A DNA stretch of 64,000 nucleotides from NCBI GenBank assembly GCA_003693705.1, contig RBZT01000809.1:1-64000 (forward strand), written 5' to 3'. Source of the DNA: Polymyxa betae A26-41 (taxonomy: Eukaryota > Protista > Endomyxa: Phytomyxea). The notes beneath the pieces are model-generated. The model was not told where the DNA came from and did not search any database. It was given only the letters and a program-made list of their open reading frames with translations. Of the stretch, positions 1 through 12,348 are shown one piece after another. The first letter of the stretch is position 1; every line of letters begins with the position of its first letter. The translations under genes and the position numbers were made by a program.

Positions 1-304
1 ACATGGTCTATAACATCGTTTTCATTATGTTTTTCTAAAAAAACTTCCCCAACTAATCTATGAATATATTTATTATATTGTTTTCCATTTTTAGATAATG
101 AAATTCTCAAATATCCGTCTTCATGTTTCCATGGTTTCATTATTATATTTTTATATATGCTATATATAACCCCCTTATTACTGATAAGATAATTGGGAAA
201 ATCTTTTATGTATTCAAGTTCAATAATATCAGTCATTATTTTTAATAATATTTTCATTTTTTTAAATATTATCCTGGATTAATCCTTAATATCATCACGG
301 ATAA

Positions 305-1087
305 ATCGCCCCTGACTTTGAATACCACCCATACCACAATGATATTATTGAAAAAATTTCCAAAACTATCACGTCAAGTGCCCTCTGCAATTCAGATAAG
401 ACAGATTGGACAGAATTACTTCCCTTCATATCCTTATCGTATCGATCATGCATTCACCCAGCCCTGGGAGAAACACCTTTCTTCCTCGAGCGCGGTCGCG
501 ATCCTCGCTTACCCCAAGAATTAGCGGTAACAGCTCCAAAGGTTCCACACACTGAAACGGTCCACGAATTCCGAAAATCCATGATTAATCGGATGAAGAT
601 CGCACAAGAAGTAGCTGTCAGATTAGACCGACAAATGATCAAGAAGAACGCGACGATTTATAATCGTAATCGGTATGAGGCCCAATACGAAGTGGGCCAG
701 CTCCTTTGGAATTACCGTCACCCTGCAATCAGCACTAACTTGGACACAACACGACGATCCACCAAGCTCAACTTACATGCATCTGGACCATGGAGAGTCA
801 TTGAGTCGCTTTCCAACAACAATTATCGGCTTCGTCACATCCGCACACATCGCGAAGACACATTCAATGTCGACACGTTGGTCCCCGTAACAATCACCGA
901 GTGGTCACCACCACTAGAACCCGACCCGCCGTTCCTAGCCGCGCCTCACTCTACAGTAGACGCCGCTGACGACGAAATCGTCTTCGACAACCCGTTCGAC
1001 GATGAGTACTCTAGTGATAACTTCGAGGACGACTACGCGCAGCCCACGCACTTAAGTCCCCTCTTTAACAAGGAAGGGGGGGTATAA
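305..1087 (+). pseudogene. Retrotransposon integrase C-terminal region, decaying toward the 5' end
   Basis: In-frame TAA at 302. The catalytic-E region is degenerate. The C-terminal GPWRV module is intact and no chromodomain is evident. Confidence 0.8.
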
Positions 1088-1468
1088 CGAGAAAGATTCT
1101 GAAAATTTTCAAAATATTACTACTTCCCAGCGCCCACTACGTGCTACAGCCGAGCGGCGTTCTAGGGCCGCAGCAGTTCGTAATGGCGATGAAAGACAGC
1201 AGATGAGTAGCCATGTCGGCGGATGAGTCGGCCACTATACCTTTCCCAACCCTGTTTACAACCGATTCATTTTAGAATCGGTTTTCTCTATTTGTCAAAC
1301 CGTATTCAATACATCCTTTTATTACCTTCAAAATCCGTTGACTCCCCGTTAGTCACCGCGAGTCGATTGGTCATACTGCAAGGTGCCAGTTAGGACCGGT
1401 TTTGACCACGATGCAATCGAATGGAACTGATAATGTAATTAGCGCTCCTCCACTCTATCACTGTGACA
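1083..1468 (+). repeat. Putative 3' LTR (~386 bp), TATAAC...GTGACA
   Basis: Starts directly after the PPT and ends in GTGACA before an abrupt switch to AT-rich sequence. The 5' end is TA rather than the canonical TG. The partner LTR is not in the window. Confidence 0.6.
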
Positions 1469-1882
1469 TTGATATTTTTTAAAAATAAAATGTTAAAACG
1501 ATAGATGGTTTCCAAGTAAAATTCACGCCCGAATGATTTATCTTCACTGATCAGTGATCAGTATCGTTGGAGAGTGAGGGGTCGATAAAGTGAAAATCGA
1601 TATATAGTTTTATTTGCAGACAGTTTCTAACAGAATATAAAATTGATGTGCGTGTGGGTTGCAAGGATGAACGTGATGCGGTACCCCATGGGAACTTCTC
1701 CGTGAATCGTTTCGACAACAGAATATCCGTTACAGTCGAGCGTCGCGATAATCGATTGAACTTCGGGCAGAATAATAATGCGAAGTTTCCGAGTTCCCAT
1801 ACGTTGCGATTTGCCTATTATACACAACGTTCTCGCATTATTTCTATCCCTCCTACAATTGTGTACGGACTCGATATTCCTT

Positions 1883-2893
1883 ATGGCGAATATCAACACT
1901 GCCCGATTAGACGGCCGCTACTCTGTTCGTCGTTGGTTCATTCAACGGTGCTCTGAAGTAATGGAGGTTCGCCGTGTCCCGGTACATCCAAATGATTCCT
2001 GGACTCGAGGTATCAAGTCTTGGTTCGGTGTTTCTCTCGAAGTCATGGTGGATCTTAATCACGAATTATCATTGACACGTGCTGATCGCAGTTACCTGCT
2101 GTGGGCTCTAAATTTCTTGAAATGTTACGAAACGGAAGACGTGGCTCGCAAAAATTGGCATGTAACTGCGAAAACGTATCGAAAGCATGTTTTAAACATG
2201 ATTGAGCGGATCGCGGAGCTTGATTTGGTATGTAGTTTGAGTATTTACATGTTAAAGAAGACCATCAATAAACAGTTTGCTGCATACGTATATACTTAAT
2301 TTTTGGTTTGCTGCGGTGTTCTAAAACTACTTGCTCAGATCAAGTTCGAGAACCGATGGATAGACTGGGAGCATAAAGTCCCGTCAATGTCGATCGTTGG
2401 AACAGATTTCTTCATTCAAGAGCAAAGGCCAATATGCAAAGGAGACTACTCGCACAAATTTCGGCATGCTGGATTACGATATGAGATTGGCGTCGCATTA
2501 GGCTCCTCGAATATCGTACATATAGCAGGGGGTTATCCAGCAGGCAGCTGGCCTGATATCAAAATCGCACGAGAATGCTTGGTACCTCTCCTCACAGAAG
2601 GCGAGCAAGCTGCTGCAGATAACGGTTACCAGGATGGTGACCAATACTTCTTGACGCCTTTTGGAAACCCAGGCAACGCTGCAGAAAGGGAATTTAATCG
2701 TCAGTTGAAGTCAGATATCATGGCCAGACATGAAACCATCAACAAACGTTTCGAGCATTTCAAGTGCTTGGCAACTCGTCAGTTTCGCCACAGCCGCGGC
2801 CATCATATCACCTTCTTTACAGCAGTTGCGATGCTTGTACAGTTGACTCTGAAATATGAGCCTTTGTACGACTTGAAATCCCGCCTTACTTGA
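1883..2893 (+). mobile_element. PIF/Harbinger-related DDE transposase (DDE_Tnp_4-like), 2 exons, probably inactive
   Basis: A 111-nt intron 2228-2338 (GTATGT...CAG) joins LDL|IKFENR. Motifs: SIVGTD (D>V), YSHKF..GLRYEIG, WPDIKIAR, ADNGY, RHETINKRFEHFKCL..FRH. Confidence 0.8.
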
Positions 2894-3065
2894 AAACCAT
2901 TTGTATTTGTTCTGATAATTTAATTTTTTCATACAAACACTGGTTCGAATTCATAGCTTTTTGCGAACGTAGCACATCAAATTTTCCTTGCGGTTAGAAA
3001 ATTTAAGTAGATTTACCGCAGCTTCCGGAAGATACGATCTTTAATTTCTAAGAATACAACTTATT

Positions 3066-3885
3066 TCATTCATAATACTGACACTCGTAACGATTCGTGC
3101 GATCCCGCATCCCCATACAATATACTTGGGCTACTGTGAAAATGAGCACCATCACTGAGGGATAGCTCCCGTTATTAATCATAATCGTGCGCCTTTTTCC
3201 ATTGTCGGAGACAGATAAAAATCTCGGCCTTTTTACCCTCAAGCAAGGTACAGAAATGCTGCTCGTGATTGGATTGGATTGGATTGTTCTAGTTCGTTGA
3301 TTTTGGTCAACAGGCGGCGCTCTATCCGAAACGCAAGGCCGATAGTACTCAGGCGTCTGGCCATAATATCTATCAGTGCTTCTACTTCCAATTTCGATGC
3401 GGTTCTTCATTACACCCATTTATGTTCATCTCAATGTCGATCGGCCCTGTTAGTAGGACCTAGGAGAGTACTGATGAAGTAGAGTAGGCACCCGCCCAAT
3501 CCTACAGGGAAAATGCTGCTCGTGACTCCGGGCATGATATGTCGTTCATAGCGCTGGGCTTGATATCAAATCTAAGATCAAGCATCTTTTGTGTGTAATT
3601 GACGATCAGGCTACGCCCATCGGATGATACTGTTGCACAGATGGAATAGTTGGCAATGATGGTCAAGTACACGCTCGCCCGCTGTCCTTCTGACCACCAC
3701 TCTATCTCAAAAGGTCTCATGTCGACCCATCTTGCAAATTTAAAGAGGAGTTGTTTTGATCAGTAACGTCAATGTCCGGCTTGGTCTCTTCGATTCATCA
3801 TTGATCGAGTCTCGTTTATGAATCATGTTCAACGGTGTAATTTCGTCGTCATTATCCTCGGCAACGATCTCTAGTGCAGCATCTA
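3066..3885 (-). pseudogene. Fragmented ORF(s) convergent with the transposase, possibly the element's second ORF
   Basis: Coding-like segments (3502..3720, 3066..3419) are broken by stops and frameshifts. A 15-bp duplication AAATGCTGCTCGTGA occurs at ~3254 and ~3511. Confidence 0.3.
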
Positions 3886-5278
3886 TAAGAAACGAGAAAC
3901 CCCATTAGAGGACCTATAGAGTAAGTCTTTAAACCCAATACCGACCATTGTCTGCACGGCTGGATCGGCACTGGAGCATTTTTTGCCCCAGGAGTGCTGA
4001 AACCAACACTGCAAACAGCGCTTCATGTAGGCGCTTGTCATGTTCTTTCAATATTGTATTGGATTTCCTAACCATGGTGACGAATGCAACAGAGAAGGAT
4101 CGGAGTGTCCAAAGTTCCCGCCAATCTGCATGGGAGGGAGGCGCAACGAAATTCTGCGACAGTACACCGACTATCTTACGAACCAATTTTCAAAAGCTTT
4201 TAAGCGAGATATCGAGGAAATCAAATGTGATGGACAATAACATCCAGTAAAACACAGTTTTTGAATCTTTTGAAATATTTTTACAAATATTAGGGAATAT
4301 TAATCAGATACCGTAGCAATCATGCTAATCTGAGAGCTTTTCGTACAAAGGAAATACCAAATTCGGCAGGATTGTGCGAGCGAGGCCGTCGACGACGCTA
4401 GCTTTAAACCCTCGAAGTTTTTGAAAGGTGTCATGATATAACAATAGGAAAACTGTGATCTAGTTCCGCTGATCATCCACCGTTAGCTACAACAAGCATT
4501 TTGGAGCAGGAATGCATCCTTTAGGAGATTCCGTCAACGATTTTTCGTCCGGAGAAATTAGCGGCAATTCCAACTACCTCGTCTTTCAGATCGTGGACCG
4601 TTATGTGAAGATTTGTCGATGCATTTCGCTGAATTTGAGTTGGATTTTCAAAAAGTTGATAAATCCGATTTCGATGAACTCGTTGTGTGGGTACATTTAT
4701 CAATTATCATAGGAGATAAATGGTATTTTACAAGCGCCTTACCAAACAAGATCATGGCTTGCATAACTTTTCGTTCACATTTACATTTTTTTCCTGTAAT
4801 ACAAGCAGTTCAACTCAGCGTGTATCGAAGGAAAAAATAGAGCAATGCGAGTCCTTTCCGCCTACCGGTTGTCAGCGCATATGATCAGAGTGTCGCCCTC
4901 GCCATTGAAACACCATTAAAACAGGTAAACGGTCTTGCATTGGACAATGAAAAGAGGGATCCTCAAGACCAATCCCTGTCTTTGTATGATAATCAGTCAA
5001 GGATAATGGGTTCAATAGATTTCTTCGGAAGTATTCTGCAATTTTTGGGAAAAAACTGTATAACACCTTAAAAACAAGTTAACGATTAAGGAATCTTGGT
5101 GGTATCTTGAATTCTAAACTAACGGAGAACAGATACCGACAAGATCTGACCACGATACGATATAATACAGACAATTTATGTAATAAACCTCAATAATATC
5201 AGGCAGTAAAAAACATACAATAAGCAATCGAGCCATTATAAAAATATTGCAATGACTGAGACCTGAGGCGGCCAGAGC

Positions 5279-8200
5279 TTAAACTACGATCAATAAGCCA
5301 ACAGCACAAAAAAATCAGCAACGATGTTGGTTCTTACAAGGTCTAGAACTGGAGCCGGCCGTACTGCCACCTCCCAGTCGCTTCTGATCTAACTGAGATG
5401 AAAATCCAGACGAACGAGCTGGTGTTTGCGATGGCAATGGTGCCCTTCTCCTAAAGTCTGATAGAGACATTAGCATTCTATGCAGCGGAACAAATCAAAG
5501 AAGAGGCAGCTACTGTCCGAACTGAGAGCAGTGATCGACAAAAAAGCTTTACCTGGTTTCATTGACGGCGTCTCGGTAGGTGTTGGAAGTGATGACGAAG
5601 GCGACGGTCGGGTGGCCGGTGATGGTGAGAAATTCAATGCAAGCGGAGTCGACGAGTTTGGTTTAGGAGAAGCCGGTCTCGTCTTAGTCATAATAAGTTT
5701 CCAATCATCTAGTAAAAAATCAACTGCCTACAGGAGCGGAATGTTGAGAAGGGGAAGACGACGAAGCCGGAACAGAAGCCGGTTCCGAGACAGCAGGCTG
5801 GCTCACTTTCGGGAACATGGCCCGCAATAACAGGTCGAGCCTCTCCACAAGCATAGGTTGGCCCATTTTCTCGACAATCTTCCGAGCTGCATTCAGAGAT
5901 TTTTCGGAACTTAGTTGGGTAGCCAGATCTAATGCTCGACTGATATTATTGTCGTTAACCGCAATCTGTATGAAGAAGCCAACGTCAGCTGCAGAGAATC
6001 TACCAGAAAAATGACAAAAAAACGCATATTAAAGATTGATATAAACCATAACAATACCCGAAGGAGCTCGATCAGCGTCACATCCTGTTTCAAAGAAAGA
6101 CGAGAGCATGTCGCCTTCCTCTCATTCTTCTGCTTGCTAGTGCCAATATCGCTCATCGACTGATGATTGGCAACCATGACAGCGTTCAGCAGGTAGCGCT
6201 GCTCCAGAGGTGCTGCCTGATTATCGCCCAACATTGTCGGGATCATGAACGGTAACCCATTCAGGATCGGGCGGTTCGTAACAGATGGCTCCGTTAAACC
6301 GTTCTGCGAAGCAAAATAAGACGGTGTAAATTCAAATATCAAACTTAAAGTGAAAGCGAAATTGCTGGCAAAATCTGAGCATTCTGTTGTGACATAGTAC
6401 GACAAAAGAGAAGCGGCTGGAAGTACCCGTAATGTAGCAACAAGGAGATCAGAAGAGGTGGCGCCAACAGGCCAGATAGTAGTCTTTGGTGTGGAACAGT
6501 GAGAAAGGCCATTCAAGAAAGGGATCCATTCGTAAGCACCGTTCATTAGGACTAGACCACGAACAAACAGCGACGAATCCATCGAAATCAGTAAACCCTA
6601 TGGTCGATTATTCCAACATGCAGTGTCAATAGTAAAAAGAAAACAGCAGATTTCGAACTGCTTCAGCATGAATTTGAAATGAAAGCCAGGTGGAAAATGT
6701 GCTGACCTCTTCAGAGTACCCAATCCAAGAAATGGTAGAATCCGGGGATACAGGGCAGGACCCAGAGCCCAGACGTCGAATCTGTACACAAAGTCAACAG
6801 TGCGAAAACCCAAATTGCTACCAAAAGAATATAAATATGGATTCTAGAAATAGTTAAACGTTGAACAGAATGATAAAAGTGCCACATTTTAAAGAAGGCG
6901 ATTTCGAGAGCGAAAAGCCAATATTTCGGAATCATCTGATAACGTAAGAGACGGCAAACTGTTTAAAAGCGGTAGCAAGATTGACGCTGCCAAACCAGTA
7001 GTAGGCACAGAGTGTACAACACGGTGCATAATTAGCAAAGATGTAGCTGTAAGAAAAATTGAAAAATCAATATGAAACATAGAAAGCAAACATAACGGAG
7101 ATCGAGGTCACCTGCTTATCGACTTGATAGAGAACGTAGAGGTAAGATCCGGAAGCAGTGGTCGTAATGACCGCCAGATGATTATTAACTGATCCAGCCA
7201 TACAAACAACAGCATCATCCAGACAGAAGATCGCTCGATGAACACCAGAATGTGACATTAGCCGTAGGATGCCGCGATCCGAGCAGACGGCGACATTCCT
7301 GCCAATCAGCGTGATAGCCAGTATGTCTTCTCCTTCAGGAAGCGTTGCACTAAGCTCAGATGAGCCAAGCAAAGTCAAGATGGAACAAACATTCAAAAGT
7401 TGAATTCAAAACGGCTGAAGCCTTTGAATCGCGAAGAGAGAGAAACAATTGATAGCAATAGATGGATTACCTCCAGTCACTATTGGCCGCCCAACTGTCG
7501 AAGTTTTTGTAGAAGATCGTTGCAGGAATCGAATCGTCTTTCCGGGGACTGGAGAACAGCGCCTATCCACGATCAATGGAGGCGTGGGATCTCCAAATTC
7601 AACATTGAGTGAAATGAAACGTGTTCTTAGTGATCAGCAGAACCGAAATAACGATGACGAGGCAGAGAACAACCAGCGCTTACCGAGAATTTTCCCAACG
7701 ATCCCTTGCTGAAGCCAAAACGATCAGTCAGGCGGATTCGTGGCCGAGCATCGGCATCGGCGAAACTGATCTGAATACGACGAGTGACATCATCTACTGA
7801 GCTGGACTCGATCAAGCCGAATAGATTCCATGCCATCATCCAGGGATCGTTGGCATCTGAAAGCAAGACATTACGATCAAATGTTGGCTCCCAGCGTGAT
7901 TTTGAAATTCGAAAAAGCAGAGAAACGTGAGCAAAACAAAAACTCCAAAAAATGCATGAGAAAGCTTGAGCCTTAGCCAAATGCAAACCTAAGAGAAAAC
8001 CTAAACAATGAGAAGAACCGAGAACGAACGCATTCAAAAAAAAGCGAACATGTGACTAACCGCTTGCTGCACCAGGCTGAAATGGTGATTGAAGCTTTCG
8101 AACAGGTGCAGCTCGCAGGTATTCATCATGTGAGTAGATGCTGCGGTCATCATCATGGTCGTCATAATCATTCATAGCGTCCGCATCATCGGCATCTTCG

Positions 8201-9970
8201 TCAATCTCGCTATCGTGCTTCACGAGACGCCTTCGCTTGCGTCTTTCGTCAACAACGCTTTCCTCGGCGTCTTCGTCCATTTCTTCATCTCCTCGCTCCT
8301 GCCGTTCCTCCTCTTCTTCGTCAACCTCTTCATCTTCCATCGCTCTGTAGCCACGTTGAGATTCCTATTTTCTGCCTCATAGAGAAAACCAAATTGAAAA
8401 GCGTTGCAGAACACATAACTTTTCCAAAAATCGGTTTGCAAAAACCTCGACTATTCTGCAAACGGCAAGAAAGATAAAAAACTTTGTTTAAGTGAAGAAT
8501 CAAGGTTACAGATCATCTTCAGAGCGTTCACATGGATGGGGCAGATCTCTGGGAACAGGTTCGTCCCAGATGATGATTACACCATCAATGGTCAAAGTAG
8601 CAATTGCATTATCTTTCGGACTCCATTCCATTCCCTGCGGTTTACTATTAGGCTGATGACGATCAGATCGTAACATTCTTACAATGAGACGATCCTGAAA
8701 GTGCTGACGCCCAATGCGCTTCTTCAAATTCACATTCCAGATCAATATCTCATAGCCATCGTTGCTATTACCAGCAAGCGAGGCGATATAGTGACCGTTT
8801 GGCGACCATCGTACAATTGAAACCTACGGCTGTATTATTCGACAGCAATTGAGAGGTACATTGTCTCAATTATAAGACTTAGTATGAAATAAGACGAGAA
8901 TCCATAAAAACTATCGTCCATCAAACCTTCATAGACAATGATGCTAAAATGTGTGCCGAAACGTTGGTAAACATTATGCAACACCAAATCAATGGATTAG
9001 TGGGAAACATGGTGACAAATACGAGAGCTTGTGAGAGTTGGACCAACCTGGTCTGTATGTCCGGCTGATAAACGCAAGACGGGTTTCCAAGATTTTCCAG
9101 CACGCTCAATGACGACCACATCGAGGTTGGAGGGCACCGCCAGTCGCGATCGATGCCAATCCAGCCGCATTTGCAGATTGGTTCCTTTTGCAGGCGTCAG
9201 CAGAGCTGATTCGTGCAGAAGGCGGAGATCATCGTCTCCCACGGCCCAAATAATCAAGCGACCGTCGACGCCCGCCGATGCCATAATTTTTGAATTGTGA
9301 TTGAAGGCAACACATTTGACAGGATTCCGATGACCAGAGGCCAGCATGACCTGCGATTTCGATTCCAGCCGAACCACCTTGATATCACTTTCTCTGCACA
9401 GTTTGTTAGCACAGGATTGATCCGCAGCAGAGGTTGACATTCAAAAGTAATTGACTTCGTCGCCTCAGGCGGAAATGAGAAAGAATGGCATTACCCGCTA
9501 GCCACAGCAAGCAGCTTGGAATCAGGACTAAATGCGATGTGATTCACATCAGCAGTCGTGCGAGTCAGAAACCCATCGATAGCGATGGATTGAGCTTCCG
9601 ATCCCAATTTGCAGAGATTGACAGTGTGTTTGATAGCGCAAGCCAAAGAGTTTCCCTAGACATAGGTAATCAGAATATGGCGTAATAGCACGAAACAAGC
9701 AACAGAAAAACGAACAGATTCTCGTATAATGGCTCAACATGCACTTGAAGAACACAAAACAAATGAATGCATCCATACATTTGGGTGAAAAGCCACAGCT
9801 GTAACAGGATCGTTATTATCGGAAAGGCTGCAAGATTCTGTCAACGTATCGCCCGCCCAAAAAACAATCAGCGATCCTTCCTCTGCCGATCCGGTCGCTA
9901 TCAATTCGCCATCCGGGTGCCAAGCCAGGACTCCTGGACCGCCACCATATGCGAATTGCTTCCTGATCAT
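5279..9970 (-). CDS. WDHD1: WD40/SepB-domain replisome hub Ctf4/AND-1, multi-exon
   Basis: N-terminal WD40 repeats (VLAWHPDG, GHRNPVKCVAFN), acidic linker ending LQSPFQPGAAS, then SepB region MAWNLFG..., SWIGYSEE|GLLISMDSS...WIPFL. Stop inferred at 5279 after the last intron. Confidence 0.88.
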
Positions 9971-10502
9971 GGCCAAAACGATATGGGATACCTCGTGAAG
10001 CGGATGCCGTTTGTGCGCAGTAATAGATGAAACTGAAACGTTTTAGCAAAGAGCGAAAGGAATTAAGCGTGGTGAAGTTCACTAATATCTGGATATAGTG
10101 CATTCAATGGCTTCAGAAAGACCATGGGTCAAAAGGTCCTTATCAAAAGCGAATATTGATCGCACGTTTGATCCACCGAAGCTTTACAGCAGAAAAGAGC
10201 TGGACCGTGAGATCCATTGCTTAACAAACCCAGATCTCATAGGAACCCTCCATTCACTAGCAACACCGCCTATCTTGACCTAGCATTCGCAATGCTTGAT
10301 CTTTTTCATGCTTTACTGGATAATCGGAACATTAATGGCAATCTGAACTGAGCTGTCTCAGTTAGTTAAGTTGTCAACTTGACAAACTTCAGTTTCAGGA
10401 TGCTGCTTATCAAACGAATGCCTGAATTGCATCGATGATCCTTGTTCGTAAGATCACAAAAGCTAATGCTTCCTGCCCTGCCTTTGCAAGCCTTTCAGAT
10501 AA

Positions 10503-11697
10503 TCATACTTTATCGAGATAAAGGATCATAGTCTGCCATCCTCCACAGCTATATTCTAAAACTACACCATCTTGCAACCAATCAGCAGCTACTGCACTGG
10601 CTACAGGTTTGCCTTGAGCACCCAGATTGCCACCACGACAGTAGTCGCCACCAGACCAGATCTCCCCGTTCGCCAAGATATAAACGTAATGCCAATCTCC
10701 TAGATGCACATCACGAACGTTTTCCGGCAGCTCCACAAAGCTATCAGTGTGAGGAAGCTTGACAATCCAGCCTTGATTCGTCTGCAAAGCGACCCAACGA
10801 AACCAAACTTTCAGCCGTATTGGTTTCTGGTTGGGCTTAAATGAATACAAAAGGCTCCATGATTGTTCTTCATAACCAGATTGAAAGAGTCCTGATTTGT
10901 TGACGACGACAACATTGCTCTCGCCACACCCAACCAAGTCTAGATCTATAGGAATATTCCAGATCTGCTCATTTTCAGCCACCATTAGATGAAGGGTGTT
11001 GGATCCAGTTACAAAGACTGCATTTTCCCATCCGGTCGCAACAGCTTTGATCTGAGATGGCAATTTGATATCCTCCGTTCTGGAATGATATGTAATGACA
11101 TAGCGTCGAAAATACCAATCCGGGCCGGACCGATACAATAGGCAGCTTCTCCCACAGCAGTATTCGTCAATGCTAGATAAGATATAGTGACGTTGACGAT
11201 CGGTGTAGATAATCAGCTGACGTCCGGTTGTATGAACAGCGAAAAAGAAACCGCCGCATGCTATCGACCGAATTGATTTGTATCCAAAAGGAATACGTAA
11301 TCTATAGAAACAAGCTGAAGTCAGTTCGGATTTCAAAGCGGAAGCGGAATACTGTAGAAGAATTCCATCATCGAACTTTTAAAGAAGTTTTCTTTTACGT
11401 TGAATCGGCATCGTGGCTATATTGCTGTGGAGAGGGGATGCCACCAAAACGAAACAGTTGCAATTTGTTCTGGTCAATCTGCCTGTGCATGTTATAATAG
11501 TCTGATCGGCTCGGCGCATTGACAACGAGCCTCGGGAAGCGCTCTGTCATCAGGAAACGCCACAGGCTTTCGGAGGCGGCGATCGCGTTCAGGAACCATC
11601 TGGAAACGGACAGCAGGCGGTATAGCGTGCACGAATCTAGAAAGATGAAGATCTGTTGGAAGAGTTGGTCAGGTATGGCTCGTAAGGAGGTCGCCAT
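10503..11697 (-). CDS. F-box protein with C-terminal RCC1-like repeats, 2 exons
   Basis: LRAIPDQLFQQIFIFLD..LSVSRWF..LW is an F-box. IRSIACGGFFFAV, IKAVATGWENAV, VHLGDWH and YSCGGWQT are RCC1-type blades. Intron at ~11302-11399. Confidence 0.8.
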
Positions 11698-12348
11698 ACG
11701 CCTATGGTTTGGACACCTATTCGAATGTCTCCGAGTTATAGCAATGTATGACCGACCCTTCTCGCTATGAATTTTTATGTCATACTTTCAGCACTGAAAT
11801 AAGTGGATGCAGGCGTTGTTTTCAACTTGGCATCTTAGGCTGCACTGCAGATTAATCATGCTTTTTTGAGCAGGAATGCGCTCTGATTTTTCGCAAGGGA
11901 AGCATCCTCGAAAACAGCGATACAAACATGCATCAAAAATTCGACCAGAGACAGATTCAATTTACTTACCATAGCATCTATTCAGAGTCAAGGCGGCAAT
12001 TTCCCCCGAAGGTGGGATTCGTGGGAGAAGAAACCCAAAACCTCCTTTCCCTCCCCTTAAAGATGTAGACAAGGAATATCTGAAAAGTTCACATTAAGTA
12101 GGGACGCTTTGCTGATTGATTGTAAAGCTGCTGTTCAAAAAAAAGTATTTTCTGCTTTTTTAAGGAAGCAATCTATTCGTTGCTGTGCCAAACATGTTGC
12201 TGTAATGCAGTTTGAAATTCGGGGCTGGCTTGACCACTCTCCGCGCAGTAAGAACTAGAAGGCTTGGTTTGCAAGGCTGTGGTGCTTGCTGCCCCTAGTC
12301 ATGATGCGGTGATCCCCTCCGCGAACCTCTCGAGATAACTTGCTAGTG

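Larger units (their letters stand above)
1..1468 (+). mobile_element. Ty3/Gypsy LTR retrotransposon, 3' part (degenerate integrase, PPT, 3' LTR)
   Basis: Frame of ORF 581..1087 extends upstream as YHP..NDIIEKISKTI...DWTELLPFISLSYRSCIHPALGETPFFLERGRDPRLP (integrase core end). It has a GPY/F-like GPWRV motif, a polypurine tract AAGGAAGGGGGGG at 1070-1082 and a putative LTR after it. Confidence 0.85.

Noticed and set aside
4040-5050. Cys-rich mini-ORF and exon-like fragments as a secreted effector gene
   Set aside because: Upstream in-frame stop, no clear signal peptide and no consistent splice model.
5480-5830. Plus-strand ORF opposite CTF4, and most other short ORFs in the track
   Set aside because: Antisense or off-frame shadows of spliced genes; many start at TTG/GTG, which is not a normal eukaryotic start.
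6782-7110. Long CTF4 intron as a snoRNA or introner host (also checked the long API5, PA2G4 and TXNDC9 introns)
   Set aside because: No C/D box pairs, no convincing H/ACA architecture and no sequence shared between the introns.
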